From Raillietiella orientalis (taxonomy: Eukaryota), in assembly GCA_036172245.1 (NCBI GenBank), contig JAYWIR010000022.1, positions 1,240,001 to 1,304,000 on the forward strand: 64,000 bases of DNA, given 5' to 3'. The position numbers were made by a program, and so were the translations under genes. Shown here piece after piece: positions 14,463-28,264 of the stretch (position 1 is its first letter; each line of letters starts with the position of its first letter). A model generated the notes under the pieces. It searched no databases, was not told where the DNA came from, and saw only the letters and a program-made list of their open reading frames with translations.

Positions 14463-17400
14463 GCGGATCGCAGCCGGCGCTGCGATCCGCTCCCTTCCTC
14501 GAGAACCTTTAAAGAACACCGACCAGCCAGTCACTCCCTCGTGACAACACCGGATTCCCCGACCCTCTCGCGCCCTTCTGCCGTGTCGGGGGGAGTTTCA
14601 GTAGGCAGCAGGGCAGCCTACCGCAAACGACGAATGAGAGCCTCCGGGCAAGAGCGGTTTCTGCGGTAACGAGGCGTCGTAACGCAGCGCTGGAATGTCG
14701 GCCTTGGTGACGGGGGCGTCCTTCCTTCTCTCCCCCCCCCCTCCCGCTCTCTCCCACATCTTCGACCTCTGTGGCACTCTGTGGTGCATTTTTTCTCAGA
14801 AATGTCGACAAGGAAAGGGCAAAAGTAACCGAGTGTTTGAAATTGTGGATTTTTCCAGAAAACGGAGGGGGGATGCGTTCTTCAGATTTAAGTGAAACAC
14901 CGCCAGAGGGGAAACAAAACAATTCAGGGGGCGCGCCGTCTGATGAAGAGGAGGTCCCTGTTTCAGAAAACGCGTCTCGCACTCACGGGGACCTTTTGGT
15001 TCTCTTCAGCATCCAGAGGATCCCGGGCTTGTGCGGCACATTTGGATGATCTTTTGCTCGAAGAGTGATGATAAGATGTCCGAAGGGAGCCGATACTTCG
15101 ATCGAAGGCAGCAGAATGAGAAAAATCGGAGCCACTTGAGTGGAGCGAAGCAGCAAGAGAGCGGGGCGGCTGCTGAGAATCCTGCAACAGGAGGCGGCGT
15201 GCGCTGCTTCGACTGGTCGTTCTTCATCCCTCTCCAACCTTGCCCAACTTCCTTTTCCTCCTCCCTCCTTTTCTTCTCTTTTATTTCTTGTTTCCCCTGC
15301 CCATCCAAGCTCACATGTCAGCGTCTCACTGACATGTGAGCTTGGCTGCCATAATCCAAAAAGGCCTGAATTCGAGCCGGGCATCTCTTGGTTTGGGAAT
15401 CGTCCTCTGCTGGCGCTGTTTGCGCCAAAAGCATGCCGCGCGCCCTTTCCAGCTTGCTAGCAGTCGGTCCGCCAGATGAAGAAGCTGTGGTAGAAATTTC
15501 GCTTTTGCGGATGCGCGGCAGCTGAAACGAGGGACCCCGGCTCCACGTAACGGCTCAAGGATGACGGCAGAGTGAAGCACTGCCTCATCCTGGACCGCCG
15601 AATTCGGAGACAGAACTCTCCCCCGCTTTCCGGGAGTGGGCACTGAGGGTTCAAGGAGAGGAAAGAATTTCACGCAAGCAGACTCCTCCAAAATACGGGA
15701 AACGGCGATCACTCGAAGGAAAATGTCCCACGCCATAGGTGGTTTCGTCCAAGAGTTGGCGTCTGTGTCCACAAAAGCTACGTCCATCACGTAGGGTCCT
15801 CAGAAAACTGCTCAGTCTTCCGGGAAGGAAGTTCCAGGAGATCGGCAAAGTGGCGATCTTCGAATGGCCGAGAAAGGAACCCTTCGCAGCCGGAAGACAG
15901 GAAGACGTCGTCGTCCTCCTCCTTCTCTTCTTCCTCCTCAGAAGATGCTGCGAGTGTCCTCGCCCTTTTCTCTAATTCGGTCATCTCGAGCTTGGTTCCC
16001 TGCTCCAGAAGAGCGGACTCGAAGCCCCGGGGCGACGATGGTGCCCGACCTCAGGATCGCATTGAAACTTCCATACAAACGCGGCTTCCTTTGGAGAAGG
16101 TGGGGGAATTTCAAGAGGAACTCTACCGCCAATTGCGAGAGAAGAGGTTGCACTGCTCACTAGGTCTTATCAGAGGCGGAAAGAACGAAAAATACGATGG
16201 CGGTTGCTGATTCGAAAGACAGAAAAACCTTGCAGAAGATTAAGAGGAAATGAGATGGCTGACTGCTTCTAGAACGAAGATGCAGTTCCTTAAGAAGAAC
16301 CAGGATGCCCTATGATGCGGGTACGCGAACCGCGGAATATCGTTGTGAATGCTGCGGGAGGATTTCCGTGCTCTTGCGCTGGATCTACGATCCATAAACA
16401 ACAGCGGGAATAATGTGATCAGTGGTGAGTGAAGTCATTTTGGTGGACCCAAAGTTCGTGCCTATCAACAGAGCGTATTTCCTAATGAACCTCTCAAATA
16501 AACTGCGTTTGCGAAGAGAGATCTCCGAGGTCTGACTGCCTGGAGGCGTTTTGGCGTCCCTGCGGTTGCCTGGGTAACTGGAATTCGGATGGACTGATGA
16601 ACGGTTGGAAGCCCCGGCCTGAGAAGCTGGAGTCAGGTCTCACCACATCCGTGAATCCTCGAAAGCATAATGGGAGGGAATTTACTAATGCCTTCGGCAA
16701 AGAACGAGGTCGCGAGAAGAGAATTACTGGTGCTCAAGGGACGGATTCCGCGACGAACAGCGGCTGACGGCCGAGGCGCCTACTGCGGCTGCTGCAGTGA
16801 GAGCCTCGCTCAGCGAGATGTAGTCAACAGGGAGCAGGGAGGGACTGCTTCCGGCAAATTGAAGAGTGGCCGAAGGGAAGTGGAATCAGCACTGTGGATC
16901 CTGCGGAGGGGCATGCGTGCCACAGGGAAGTTCAGGGAGTTGGGAATATGTGTCTTCATGGCAGCCGGAAAATCCTCGATCCCAGTGCAGGACACTGGCT
17001 GAGCATGAGGCCGAAGGGGCAGGACCGGGCCGGGCTGTCCGCCAGCACGCCCTTTGGAGGAGAAAGAAGAGGAGAGAGGCATTCTAGAACACCTCCCAGA
17101 CGCCTTGGGAGTGCTTGCTAATCGGGAGAACCCGAAGTTTCCTGGAAAGACGAAAGAACGTCCGAGCACCCTCGGGAGACGCTGGAAAAGAAAAGCTCAG
17201 CTCTTTATCCCGGGACAAAGTGCTCCCCGGATCCGGACGAGAATAGTTCGCCCGAAGACTCCCGGAGCACAGGTCCTACTTTCTCCCGAGAGGTGAACCT
17301 CGGAAAGCCTGAGAGAGCAGGCCGGCTCTGCTTCTTATCGCAAGTTGAGACCGATGAGGGATGAAGCGGCCGAGGGAAGGAAGGAGACACGCTGAGGCAA

Positions 17401-18500
17401 GAGGCGGTGGTGGCGGGGCGTTTTTCTCGCGCATTCACGCGATAAAAACGCCTTCGGGGCACTGGGAGGAGGAGGATGTTTGAGCCCCGAGAATCGGATC
17501 CCAGGCCACCCCTGCCGTCTCCAGGAGACGGCTTCAGTGTCTACGTGCACTGCGGAGCTGCGTGATTCGATGACAGCACTCCGCTCGCAGCACCGAAAGC
17601 GAGAGTTGGGAACTTTTCTCCCTTCCGCGAAGACTGGAAGGAAGTGAAGAGCTCACCCCGCGCCCCCTTGGCGCGCCGACTCCTCTTTCCTCATCTCTTC
17701 GCACTCTTGGCCCTGTTTTCCCCCTGTCTGCTAGCGGACGCGTCCCTCGCCTGCTAAGCGCACCGGCTCTGAGAGAGGCACGGAATGGGGTGAACCTCCC
17801 TCCGTTGCTTCACCGGGCATGCGTCGTCTCCTACAAGGGCGCTGTTGGTTTCCCCCTAGCGGCAGATGCTGCGAACGTTGCATCAACTCTTCGCCTCTTC
17901 TTCCACTTCCCATCATCTGCCGCACGCACGCCACTGCATTTCATATGGGCCGCTCTCTCTCCTCCCTCCCGTGCTCCCTCGTTCCAGCTTCCCGTATTCT
18001 CCCCAGGACGTGCACAGTTCAGAGGAGAAGGGCACAGGATCATTTTCCCCTCTCCTCCCTGGTACCATTTTTCTTGGGAGTCCAGTCGACATCCCGCTTT
18101 CTTTCGCATGCCCGGGAGGCGCGCGAGAATCCCAAATTTGGTGCATCTGGGAGGAAAACTGAATGCCCCCATCAGCAAGACCGGTGGAGTGGCCCCTGTG
18201 CCGTCCGATCCCGTGTCCCCACGAGGAATCCACCATGCCTCCCCCTGTCTCTGGTACTTCAGGCACGCGCATCTTATCACAGGCGCTCCTGGGTGTCTGA
18301 AGAGGTCCGGTCGAAGAAGCCAGTGCAATCCAACCGTTCCGACGGGCAGGGAGAGTCAGCGCACTCTGCTTCTTTCCCCAGGCGATTCGATTCCCACCGG
18401 CAAGAACGCGTTCAGTTGCTTCGCTATAAAGTGCTGAAACGAACATGTGTGCTGCCCTACGGCACTTGCCTTTCCATCTATGGCTTCTTCTTCCCTGCAG

Positions 18501-18708
18501 GTCGCCTGGGTGCACGTGGACCGGCAGATGATCCTCTCCATCGAGAAGAAAATAATCACCAGAATCCCGAGGTTTTCCGTGATCTTCGATGCTCCTAAAA
18601 CGTGGATTCTCCACATCACCAACATCCAGAAAGTCGACGAAGGTGGATACATGTGTCAAATCAATACCAAGCCAATGCTGCACCAGATGGGATACCTCAC
18701 AGTCGTAG
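18501..18708 (+). CDS. DIP/lachesin-like protein, exon B (second half of Ig1)
   Basis: Acceptor ttcttccctgcag| and donor G|gtcagg. Encodes VAWVHVDRQMILSIEKKIITRIPRFSVIFDAPKTWILHITNIQKVDEGGYMCQINTKPMLHQMGYLTVV, with the D.G.YMCQ.NT.PM motif typical of DIPs. Phase 0 in, phase 1 out. Confidence 0.95.
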
Positions 18709-20454
18709 GTCAGGAGTGTTTCTGAGAAGGGCGAGGGGAGTGACCCCTTCACCCTATTCCGTCGGCATCCGTACTCCCGTGTTCGCGCCACCCGACCCAC
18801 CTGCCCAGGCTGTGTAGTCAGTGAGGGGCAGCTCACGAGCTCGTTCTTCCCGAGAACAGCGGGCACGGTTCCTCCAGCCAGTTTCAGGAACTTCTCTGCA
18901 AAGCGAGATCACCCATCTGAAGCGCGGAAGCGAATCGCGTTATGGCAACCGCGCCGTGGCGCAGCAGTCTGAAATCTCCAACAACGGCCCTTTTCAAACA
19001 GAAGCAGTTGTCACGGAAAGAAAGGATTGCAATCGTGGTGACGCTTAAACCACAGCATTGTACGGCAGCAGGAGAACCGAAACGGTGGCCACTCGCAGTG
19101 CTGCCCATCGGACAGTGGGCAGCACAGCGTGCTCAGACTGAGCGTGCGATCCGCAGATCGCACGCCCAGTCATACATTCAGCAAGCCTCACACTTTCTTC
19201 AAATCCTTCAACATCCATTCCCCTGTTTCTGGAGCGCGACCGAAGAAACGAGAGCGCTCCAGAAACGGGAGGAGACCAGAGGAGTCCACACAAGTCGTTC
19301 TGACTAGACCAAAGATTGCTGGCCAATTGAAATTCTTGATCGAGAGAGAAGCGGCAGAGGGACGAAGACAGAATGAAGGGAGGGGGAAGAAGATAGCTTT
19401 GTGTTCATTGTGCCACAGAGCTCAGGGACCTGGGACTAACCTGTAGGGGACAACATAGAGACTCTGCAGGCGCTGCTTTGTGGCATTTCGGGGAAAATGC
19501 AAGTTGAGTTGAGAGGAGGAGGCACTTGGTCGTCGTGAGTCTGAGGACGATGGAGAAAGACTCAGAACGTATCCTGAATAGAACTGATGAAAGTACCCTG
19601 ATGCTGAACGTACCCCTCGATCCAGAATTCCGTTTTCTTTCTCCGCAATAGTTGTTGAACTCGCCTACGAGACAGAGGAAAAGAAGAGTCTACTGACTTC
19701 AAAGGATTCGAGAATTCCATGGCATCAAAAAGGGGATCCTTTCTCTTCCGAGGTTCACCATGACCTCCTCAGTATCTCTGCAAGGTCAGGAAAGCGACTG
19801 ACAGAACGGTCAGGTCCAGATTGCTATTCGAAGTTCCAGCCATCCTTCCTTCTCCTGAGATCATCCGCCTCTAAAGAGTCTGATCTCAAGAGGAGAAAGG
19901 AAGATCACGAGGTTGGCGTCCTAAAAACCATCAGAAAGGCTTCGTTCTCTTCGGTAAAGCAGGCCGTGTGGGTCAGCGCAACTGCTCCTCCCAGACGTCA
20001 GGCGGGAAGAGAAGAGGAAGCAGAGCATTCCTTTCTCAATCCTCGAAGGAACTGGATGCACGGCAGCTGCCAACGGCCTTGCCCGGTGGCTCCAAGAGGA
20101 TAGAAGGTTCCGTGAATGGCCGTCCAACAGCCCTCTCGTGAATGCTTGGATTTCCCGTGTTCCCGAGAGGCAAGTAGGAGACACGCCGGTGAACCCGCTA
20201 CGATGAACGCCCATGCTGAAGTGTCTCTCCCTCGTATCCGGATGTTTCTCAAGAGAGCATGTTGGCGCGGTCGCTGCTGACGGGAACAGCGGAGCAAAAC
20301 TGAGCCTTCCTCTGCATCTACCTAGAGCCTTCGTGTTCCCCCAGGTCATCCGCAGGCGGAAAGGCGTTTGGCAAGGAGCACGGGATGCCGATGGTGCTAT
20401 TATCCAACGGAAGCTACTGTATACGGAGGTCATTCACTCGCTTCTCTTTTTCAG

Positions 20455-20613
20455 TTCCTCCCAACATCCTCGATGCCGAGAGCAGCAAATCGCATGTTAT
20501 TGTCAAGGAGAACTCGAACATCACCCTGGTGTGCCGATCGGAAGGATCTCCTCAGCCCAGGATCACCTGGAGGAAAGAGGATAACCAGTTCATCTACAGT
20601 AATGGGAGGAAAG
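20455..20613 (+). CDS. DIP/lachesin-like protein, exon C (first half of Ig2)
   Basis: Acceptor ctctttttcag| and donor G|gtactt. Encodes VPPNILDAESSKSHVIVKENSNITLVCRSEGSPQPRITWRKEDNQFIYSNGRK. 159 nt, phase 1 to 1. Confidence 0.93.
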
Positions 20614-22947
20614 GTACTTGACTGCCGAATGCTTGTCCTTGACATGAGTCCCGTGCTCCTGCTCATAAAGGGCACACTCCAGACAGAACCCCTTTGTTTA
20701 CACCAGGGAAAGGGAACAAACGAAGGGGGGAGCAAACGAAGACTTTCCTACGGGAGGAAGGGCGAGACCTCTCCCAAGGAAGAGTCATTGCCCTTCCTCA
20801 GGGTTCGGAGAGAACTAAAGAGATTTTCTTTATCGTACGGCCCAAGACCGTTGCCCAGAGGAATCAAGAGCACACTCTTGAAACAGGAGCACCTACCCCT
20901 GATTCGAGAGGAGGCATGGTAGGGAGGCACGAGGTTCGTAAGGGATCATCCTGCCAGACAGACGCCTGGCAGGCGGCTGGAAACAACAGGGGATGGTTGA
21001 ATACTTCCCACGCGTTTCCCGAAGCGATCCTCTCCTCATGGAGACTCCATTTTGACCTCGATCCCTGAGGAAGCGTCTTTCTGCGCAGCGACAGAGGGGA
21101 CTCTCCGTGACCCCTCTGCTCCGCTCTCCCCCAGTACTTGAGAAGCAAACAAACAAGAGCGATGCACTCCGGGAAGACGTCCTTCCAGCCATCTTCAGCT
21201 GACTCCAGAGGCGCGGAAGCACGAGAGGGAAGCTCCCTCCTCGCCTCCCATTGCAGAGCACGCCCCAAAATGACTGCTTCCCTTTCACCTCAGTTCTCAG
21301 AAGATAGACCTGTCCACGATCCCTCTCCTTTCTTCTTTCTCTTTCTTTCCACGGAAACTGCAGCGAAGCACTGCGGACGATCCGGGTCCCATTATGGACC
21401 CACCTGTTCGCACCGTGGCAGTCCTCCCTATGTCTGATAGTACGCTCGCAGGTTCCTACGAGGAGGCAACCTGTCCGATCTTTTGCATCACCCTGCAAAG
21501 GCGGGAACGCTGTCAGGAAGACCGGAAAGAGCTCTCCATCCTCGTCTTGAGCGCGTGCGCGCGTTTTTTATCCTTCGAGAGGTCAAATGGGAGAGGTGAG
21601 GGGATGATGGTGTGACACTAGCAGAGGGGTGCACGAGGCACGGGAGACCGTGAAGCGTTGAGTCATCTCCTCCTCCCTCCCCCTTCTTCTTGGTACTTCG
21701 ATCCCGGCCGTGAGTCGTCGAGAAGCGGCACTCTTCCGACCTTCTTGCGCGCCTTCTCTTCCGTTCCCCCGCCTCGGAGCAGCCAGACTGCACCATCGCA
21801 TCGGAACGCAGCTCTCGGCAACGCCGGCTTCCGCCTGCCTCCTCCCTTTGCCCGCTTTCGATAGTGTCTCCCAGGGCGACGCACGCCAGGGGGATCCGAA
21901 GGGAACCGCACGCTGTTCTCTTAGGTTGGGTCCGTGGAGAAGGGGCGGATCCGCGAAAGGAGCTCCCGCCGAGGCCGAGGCGGCGGAGCGTGCGTGCCGC
22001 GTGCTTTCCGCCGGACGCTGCGCGGGAGTGATCGTTTCTCTCGGAGAGACAGTCGCTTCCGCGGAGGTGGAAGCATTTTCTCCCCCTTTCCCTTGCACTT
22101 GGAAGGAGTCAGGGGTGGATGTGGAAGGCAGCGGAAGCCTGGATCTCTCTCCCTTTCACGAGGGCGAGGACCAGGATTTGTCCGGCCACCGAGGTGGTCC
22201 CCGCCTGTGCTCAGGACACGCCCTACAAGGAGAGCGTCCTCGTGACTGGGAGGGAGACGCCAGGAGATCGGCCGCAAAAGAAAAAGGTGGCGAGGGTGTA
22301 CCGGAACGGAAGCGGAAGGAGGCGTCGCTGTAGGACCAGACGGCCGGGTGCCCTGCACTTGCCCTCCTCAAGCGCAGCCTCTCTCGAACGGCAGCGTCCG
22401 GAAGGGAGAGAAAGGACCGAGGGGAGAAGCGAAAAGAGGAAGGAAGGAGCGTGCCCTTCTTGCGGCTTCATCCCGGCACTCAGTGATCGCGTCTACTCTT
22501 CTCGTCTTCCCCTTCCCTCCCTGCCTGGTCACTTCGTATTCGTCTCCTCTCCGTTCCCCACCTCTAGGAAACGCGCCATCGGCGTCTCTTTCCTACGGCT
22601 AGCTGGAACAAGAGCAGTGACTGGCCAATGGCCCGGCTCGGACGCACCACGGACTTTCCCTTTCGACCCCTGGCATGCTCTTCCTTCAGGATGCTTCGGT
22701 CTGAGTATCTGTCCGTTTGCGTTTCAGGTCTCTCTGTGAAGAGTCGGCGACTCTCCCCTTCGGTTTCCCCACCTACCTTCCTCCCCCCCCCCTTCCCATT
22801 CCTCTGCAGCGGCACACCGGCATCCGAAAGACCAAAAATTCAGGGAGGAACCTGGGAGTTTCCGGAGACGTTTCGTTCGTCCCGAAAGCTCCAGTCGCAC
22901 CACGACTTGGAGGTTCTGCTCCTGTATGACCTCTGTTTCCGTTCCAG

Positions 22948-23076
22948 TGCTGTCGGTCGAAGGAGACATCCTCCGGTTGAGCCGTGTCTCGAGGGCTGAC
23001 ATGGGCGCCTACCTCTGCATAGCGTCCAATGGCGTGCCTCCGTCCATGAGCAAAAGAATACTGCTCAACGTGGAAT
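22948..23076 (+). CDS. DIP/lachesin-like protein, exon D (second half of Ig2)
   Basis: Acceptor ttccgttccag| and donor T|gtaagt. Encodes VLSVEGDILRLSRVSRADMGAYLCIASNGVPPSMSKRILLNVE, with the MGAYLCIASNGVPP hallmark of DIP/lachesin. 129 nt, phase 1 to 1. Confidence 0.95.
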
Positions 23077-26000
23077 GTAAGTGGGGTGAGGGAGAGGATG
23101 ATTTCGGGTCGCAGCAGAACGCTAATAGGCGTGCGTGTATTCGATACCAACGTCTTGCACTGTTTTTTGTTTTTGCTTTGTGCCAGTTTTTTGTTTTTTT
23201 TACTTTTTGTGTGTGTGTTTTCTTTTCGAACAACCGACCGGTCGCGCCATCGACGGATCGGAACCCCAAACGCAGCAGCGATCGTTGCGCCTGGCCGCGT
23301 ATGGCGCGCAATGTTGCTGCCGCTGCCGCCATCCATCTGGCCTGGAAACAGGGGAGGAGGACCTCCAGATGAAGGTGCGATTTGGCGGGAAAACCCAGGG
23401 GCTCTCCGAGCCTGCTGGTTTTTGCATCTGCTTGTTCCTTCGGCGTTACTCGCGATACGGATCGATCCCCCCCCCTTCTTCCCGATTCCCGCGGACCACC
23501 TCAGATGTGGACCCTCGGTGCAAAACCCGATGATCGTGAATAAAGGGAAGGCCTCTGCTTGTCTCTCTGGAAGGATTTCCTTCGAGCATCACACCCTTCC
23601 TGCGTGGTCAGGAGGAGCACCAGGAATTTTCGACTTCTTACCTACGCCTAGCAGTCACTCTCTTCGGACAAACGAGGAAAAGAGATGACGAAATGCCCCC
23701 CAAGGGAGCTTGTCTTCCCGAAGTAGAGCTCTCACTTTCTCTGGAGAAAAAGGAATTTCTTTGATTGAACTCTTGTCTCTCCCGCTCACAGCCACAACTC
23801 GGCTTGTTTAGCCAACGGCATGCGCGAGTCAGCCAGGCGGGATTTCCAGATAGGCGGGAAACCACAATCTGTCCACACCACCGATCTTTCGGCGCCGCAC
23901 AGACGCTGAGACCCTGTGCAGACCCGGGCCTGTAGAAAACGCGCGTTTCGCCATGGAGTTCCGCAGACCCCTAGCGGAAGGCAAGTCGGGAGCACTAACG
24001 CGAGCGCGGCACGGACATCTTTATGTCCGTCCATGCTGCCTCCGCGTCGCAGCGTCTCAGAGTCGGGTTCTGACGACCAGACAGATGGAAGGGGGGGAGG
24101 TTCGACGGAGCTACGCCCGTAGCTTAACGAAGTGAGCACAACACGAGCCTGTTTCTTCCTCCCTGCAATCAAGCCGCCGAACGACGAGGACTCTCGGACC
24201 TTTGTTCCCTCCGGGTTCCCTGTTCTTGCTGCTCTCCCTCCCGACCTAAAGGTCCCTCACTGGGTAGCCTCGTGTTCTCTTCCTCGTATAGTTCACGCCG
24301 CGCCCTCTCTCGCAGCATAGAAGCAATTCGCACCGCACGCAAGTCTCGCAGTGGTCCCAGACTTTTATTGAGGGCTTCTCCTTCACTAAAAGTCAACCTT
24401 CAGAAAGACATTCATTATCGCTCGAAGGGACGAAATTTTTTTTTCATTTCCAGTGGCCTAATACACCTCCATCTGCTTTCTTCTCGGATTTCTTTCCACA
24501 CGCCTGTAACCTTACTGCGAACCCAAAGCCTCGCCCGAACCTGGTTTGAACCAGGAGGGAAAATCATCAATTGATGATAGTTGAACTTGTTCGTCTTCCG
24601 AAAAAGAGATGCCTTGAAAGTTTCTTTCCTGACTTCCAGAAGTTGAACTTGACTGTCAGCAGGCATTTAACGCAGTGTTTTTATCTTCTGTAGTCTCAAG
24701 TGTTCCTCAAGTTAGCCCTCTACATTTTCGAAAACAGATCCTGACTTACGGCTGAATCTCTTGTTTATCTCTCCACGTGCAACTCGATTCCCCAAACGTC
24801 TTGTATTTGCAGTAACTTTCAAGCAAGCGCGCGTTTAGAAAACGCCTCGAGTGGCAAGCGATGACATCCCCCCTAAAGTATTTGCACCATCCTGGTAGTG
24901 CGCAGACACACTCAAAGACGTGCTAGAAAACGCGGGGACATTTTACTGGGGAAGGCATTCGCGGCGGGGGGCGGTCAGCAGCTCTGGGGATCACTGGGGG
25001 ATCGCTTGCGAGAATTATGGACAGCAGGTGGAGACACCCCAGATATGAGTTTCTCAGGACGGGATAATTTTGGATGCTCTGGCCTCGAGAGAGCATGGTT
25101 GATTTTCGAGTTGAGTTGACTACCCAGACGTTGATGGCCCTATTAAAGCACATTGTAGGGCCGTGCGGGAGGATGGAAGCTCACCGAAAGGGCAGGGTAG
25201 GGTCGATGAGAACCAGCAGGGTTATCCTGTCCCAGCTGCTTCATCTGACTTCTTGGAAGAGTCTCTTGCGTTCGCGGAAGTCGCCGTGCCAAATTAATCC
25301 ACGCCAACTCACGCGGTCTCTCCAGCAACAACTGGAGTTTCGCAGCGTGTCCTTCCAACGCTGTCGTGAAGCGTGAGGAACCTGCTGCGGAACTGAAGCT
25401 CAAAATGAGTCTCCTGCTAGTGGGGACGAGTTCTCAGAGCACAGCTGCGCTCGGATGTTCCCACGCAGCTTCATCCTCCCATGAAACGGGTCCACTCCTT
25501 TCGGGAGGCTGATCTCCTGATCGTGTTTCCGTGTCTCCTTTTCTCTGCCACCTGAATACCTACCGCCTGGAAACAAGGGGGGAGGTTCCATGCCCCCACA
25601 TAAAGAACCCGAAAAGCTCGCATTACCAGAAAGAGGGGGGAAGGGAAGAATCTTGTAGTTTCCTTCAAGGTCCGTGGGATAAAAGGGAAAGTGTCCTCGC
25701 CTTCAAGAAGGAATGAAGGGAGACCTCATTAATCAATAAGCGTGTTAAAATACATTTCTGCTTCTCTCAGTAATACATAAATGGGCGGCAACGGGACTTA
25801 TAAAAGAGAAATGACTTCTTTCGTGACAGATCCTTATTTTGCTTAATCGCAGCTCCGTATTCTCCTCTTTGGCACGAATTTGAGAAGCGAAACACCTGGA
25901 TACTGAAACTGCAGTGGCACTCGTTTTCAGAATTAAATGCCGTCCAAATAGTAATGACCATGTGCAAACACCGTCGCGTGGAAACCGGGTTCTCTCCGTT

Positions 26001-28264
26001 GTTTTCGGAATCGATTCGCGAACCGAAACGTTTCCCTTATGTGGCCCGCATCAAAGTTTCGAGCCAAATTCGGGTCCTTATCGATCCTGCGAAAGGCGGA
26101 TGTGTGGAGGAAGCTTGCGGCTATCTCCGCAAGCACCAGCTCTCGACGTCAACTCTGCCTGGAACTCACCCGGCGCCTTCGAATGCACAGAAACCAGAGA
26201 GGAAGAATTTCTTCCTCCCAGCCTTATCCCTTTGGGGAACTTCACAACGGGTCACTGAGCTGCTTCTCGACCTCTCACTTCACTTCCCAAGATAGGAGAT
26301 GAAGCTAAGTTTCGGACCCGGGACGAGACCATCCTCCGTGAGCGAGACGCTGGTGTTGTATGTCACCTCGACGCTGATGAACATCCCGCTCACTCACTGA
26401 CAGGCATTCTTTCCTGTGACGGTCACCCATCAGAAGACGCGACGACGCTATCCACCCTTTCGGCACTTCGTTCGGATGGGTGATGTGCTAGGATGGTGTG
26501 CAAGTTGGAGCGCATGTTGCGACACGACGTTGTGAGCAAACTTCCTATCTTGGGAAGGTTGCTCACACGGAGCGCGTCCTTTTAGTCGTCACGAGTGAAG
26601 CGCGTTCTCGCGTATTCCGGTCAGTTCCTGGTGCCGGTCACAGAAAAGAATGCCTTTCCGCGAAGGAGCAGGATGTTCATCAGCATCGAGGTGACCTACA
26701 ACACGAACGTCTCGCTCACGAAGGATGACCCCGTCCTGGGTCCGTAATTTAGCTTTTCCCCTTCCTTTGGTTTCCAGGTGCAGATGCCCCTTTTAGCAAT
26801 CTGGAAAAAATATCACCCCTTCTCTTTACATGAGGAATGACTAAGGGACTCACTTTTTCCATAGTCCAAGACTGCAGCTGATGAATTCAACGAGGAACAT
26901 GCAATTTCAAAGAAAGGACAGGAGCTCAGCGTTCATCGTGGTGCTCATGAGATCACCGCCAGAGAGAAAGGAGTCTTTCGGCCTCCAATGAACGCCGTAA
27001 GCAACGAGAACAGTTCATATAGCCGCAGCAAGAAGGATGCTAAAAAACGCTCTCTCAAAGGGACACTTCGGCGGAAGAATCGCTACTCTGTAACAGGTAG
27101 CGATCATCTGGAGTAGCTGAACCAATGTGTGAAGGTGGCATTGAACTCATGGAAGCATCGCTGATTTTGGAGTAGTCGTCCCTGGGAGACGAGCATCAGG
27201 CATTCCGCACTTTCGAGTATCTGCCAGAGGACGCTTCTGCCAGAGTCCAGACGCTTTCTGGATTTCATGGTACCTGCAGGAGGCGAGTCTTCCGTTCGTA
27301 GACTTCGTGTCAACGTGACTCCAAGTAAGCCAAGCAGAGCCGTCTTCTGGAGACCGAAAGATCACACAACTGGGACTCCTTTTCATCCAGTTTTCACTGA
27401 GCCATAGTCAAACAACGAATTCAGACGCCCCGCTGAAAAGCATTGGCACCCAGCCTGCGAGTACTCTCTTCCAAGGAGTTCCATCTCAGATGAGAAATGG
27501 CTCCACTGAGATCTTTCGATTGAGATGAGGAGCTATCCAGACAGCTTTCCATCAGTCGTGCTTCTATCTTTCCGTCAGAAGGAATAAGCCAGCAGTCCAT
27601 CCTGAAAGGTGGCAGAAGTCCTATTCCATAATATGCTTTTCTGCCATCCCCACAGAAGATTTCCAAGGCTCTCTCGGCTCGTCTCCCTCATCAGGGGCTA
27701 GTTCCACATGGTTAGGAAGACACTTCGCTACTGAAGAGGACTTTGCCGAAGAAATCTGAAAATTCCTTACATCCGGAAACTTCCTTTATATCGACGAAGT
27801 TCCTGTGTTTTAAACCTTCCTGGAAACTCAGGAAAAGAGTGCTTGCTCGCAGGGTCATGCTCGAGATGGTAACTTTTTTGTCTCGCATGAGAATCATCAA
27901 CACATGGAATCACGAGAACGGGTTCAGTGGTTACGAGACAACCTCATGTCGAGGTAAAGTGGCCTGTATTGTCCCTTGTTCAAGCTGCTCATAGCGCGTC
28001 GCCTTGATACGGCTTGCGCCATGAGCAAACATTGCAGCTGAAGAAATGGACAGCAAAGCTCTCCATTTCCTCTTTCCGGTTCTTCGCGGAGCTCGTTCGT
28101 GCAATCTTTGTAAACCGAAATCAGTGACGTGAATTGTTGATACTGAAGTGATACTGAAGAGGGGTTTTCGGGAGAATGACGAGAAGAATTCTCTACTATC
28201 TCCACAATCTACTCTCTCTATGCCTTTAAAAAGACCGTAGCCGTCCACGAGGGGTTTTTTCTTC

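Noticed and set aside
14930..14990. Hammerhead-ribozyme-like string ctgatgaag...gaaaacgcgtc
   Set aside because: Stems I and II do not pair convincingly and the GAAA/stem III register is off by one base.
17913..18866. 317-aa minus-strand ORF overlapping exon B
   Set aside because: It is the antisense shadow of the real + strand exon plus GC-rich flank, with no motifs of its own.
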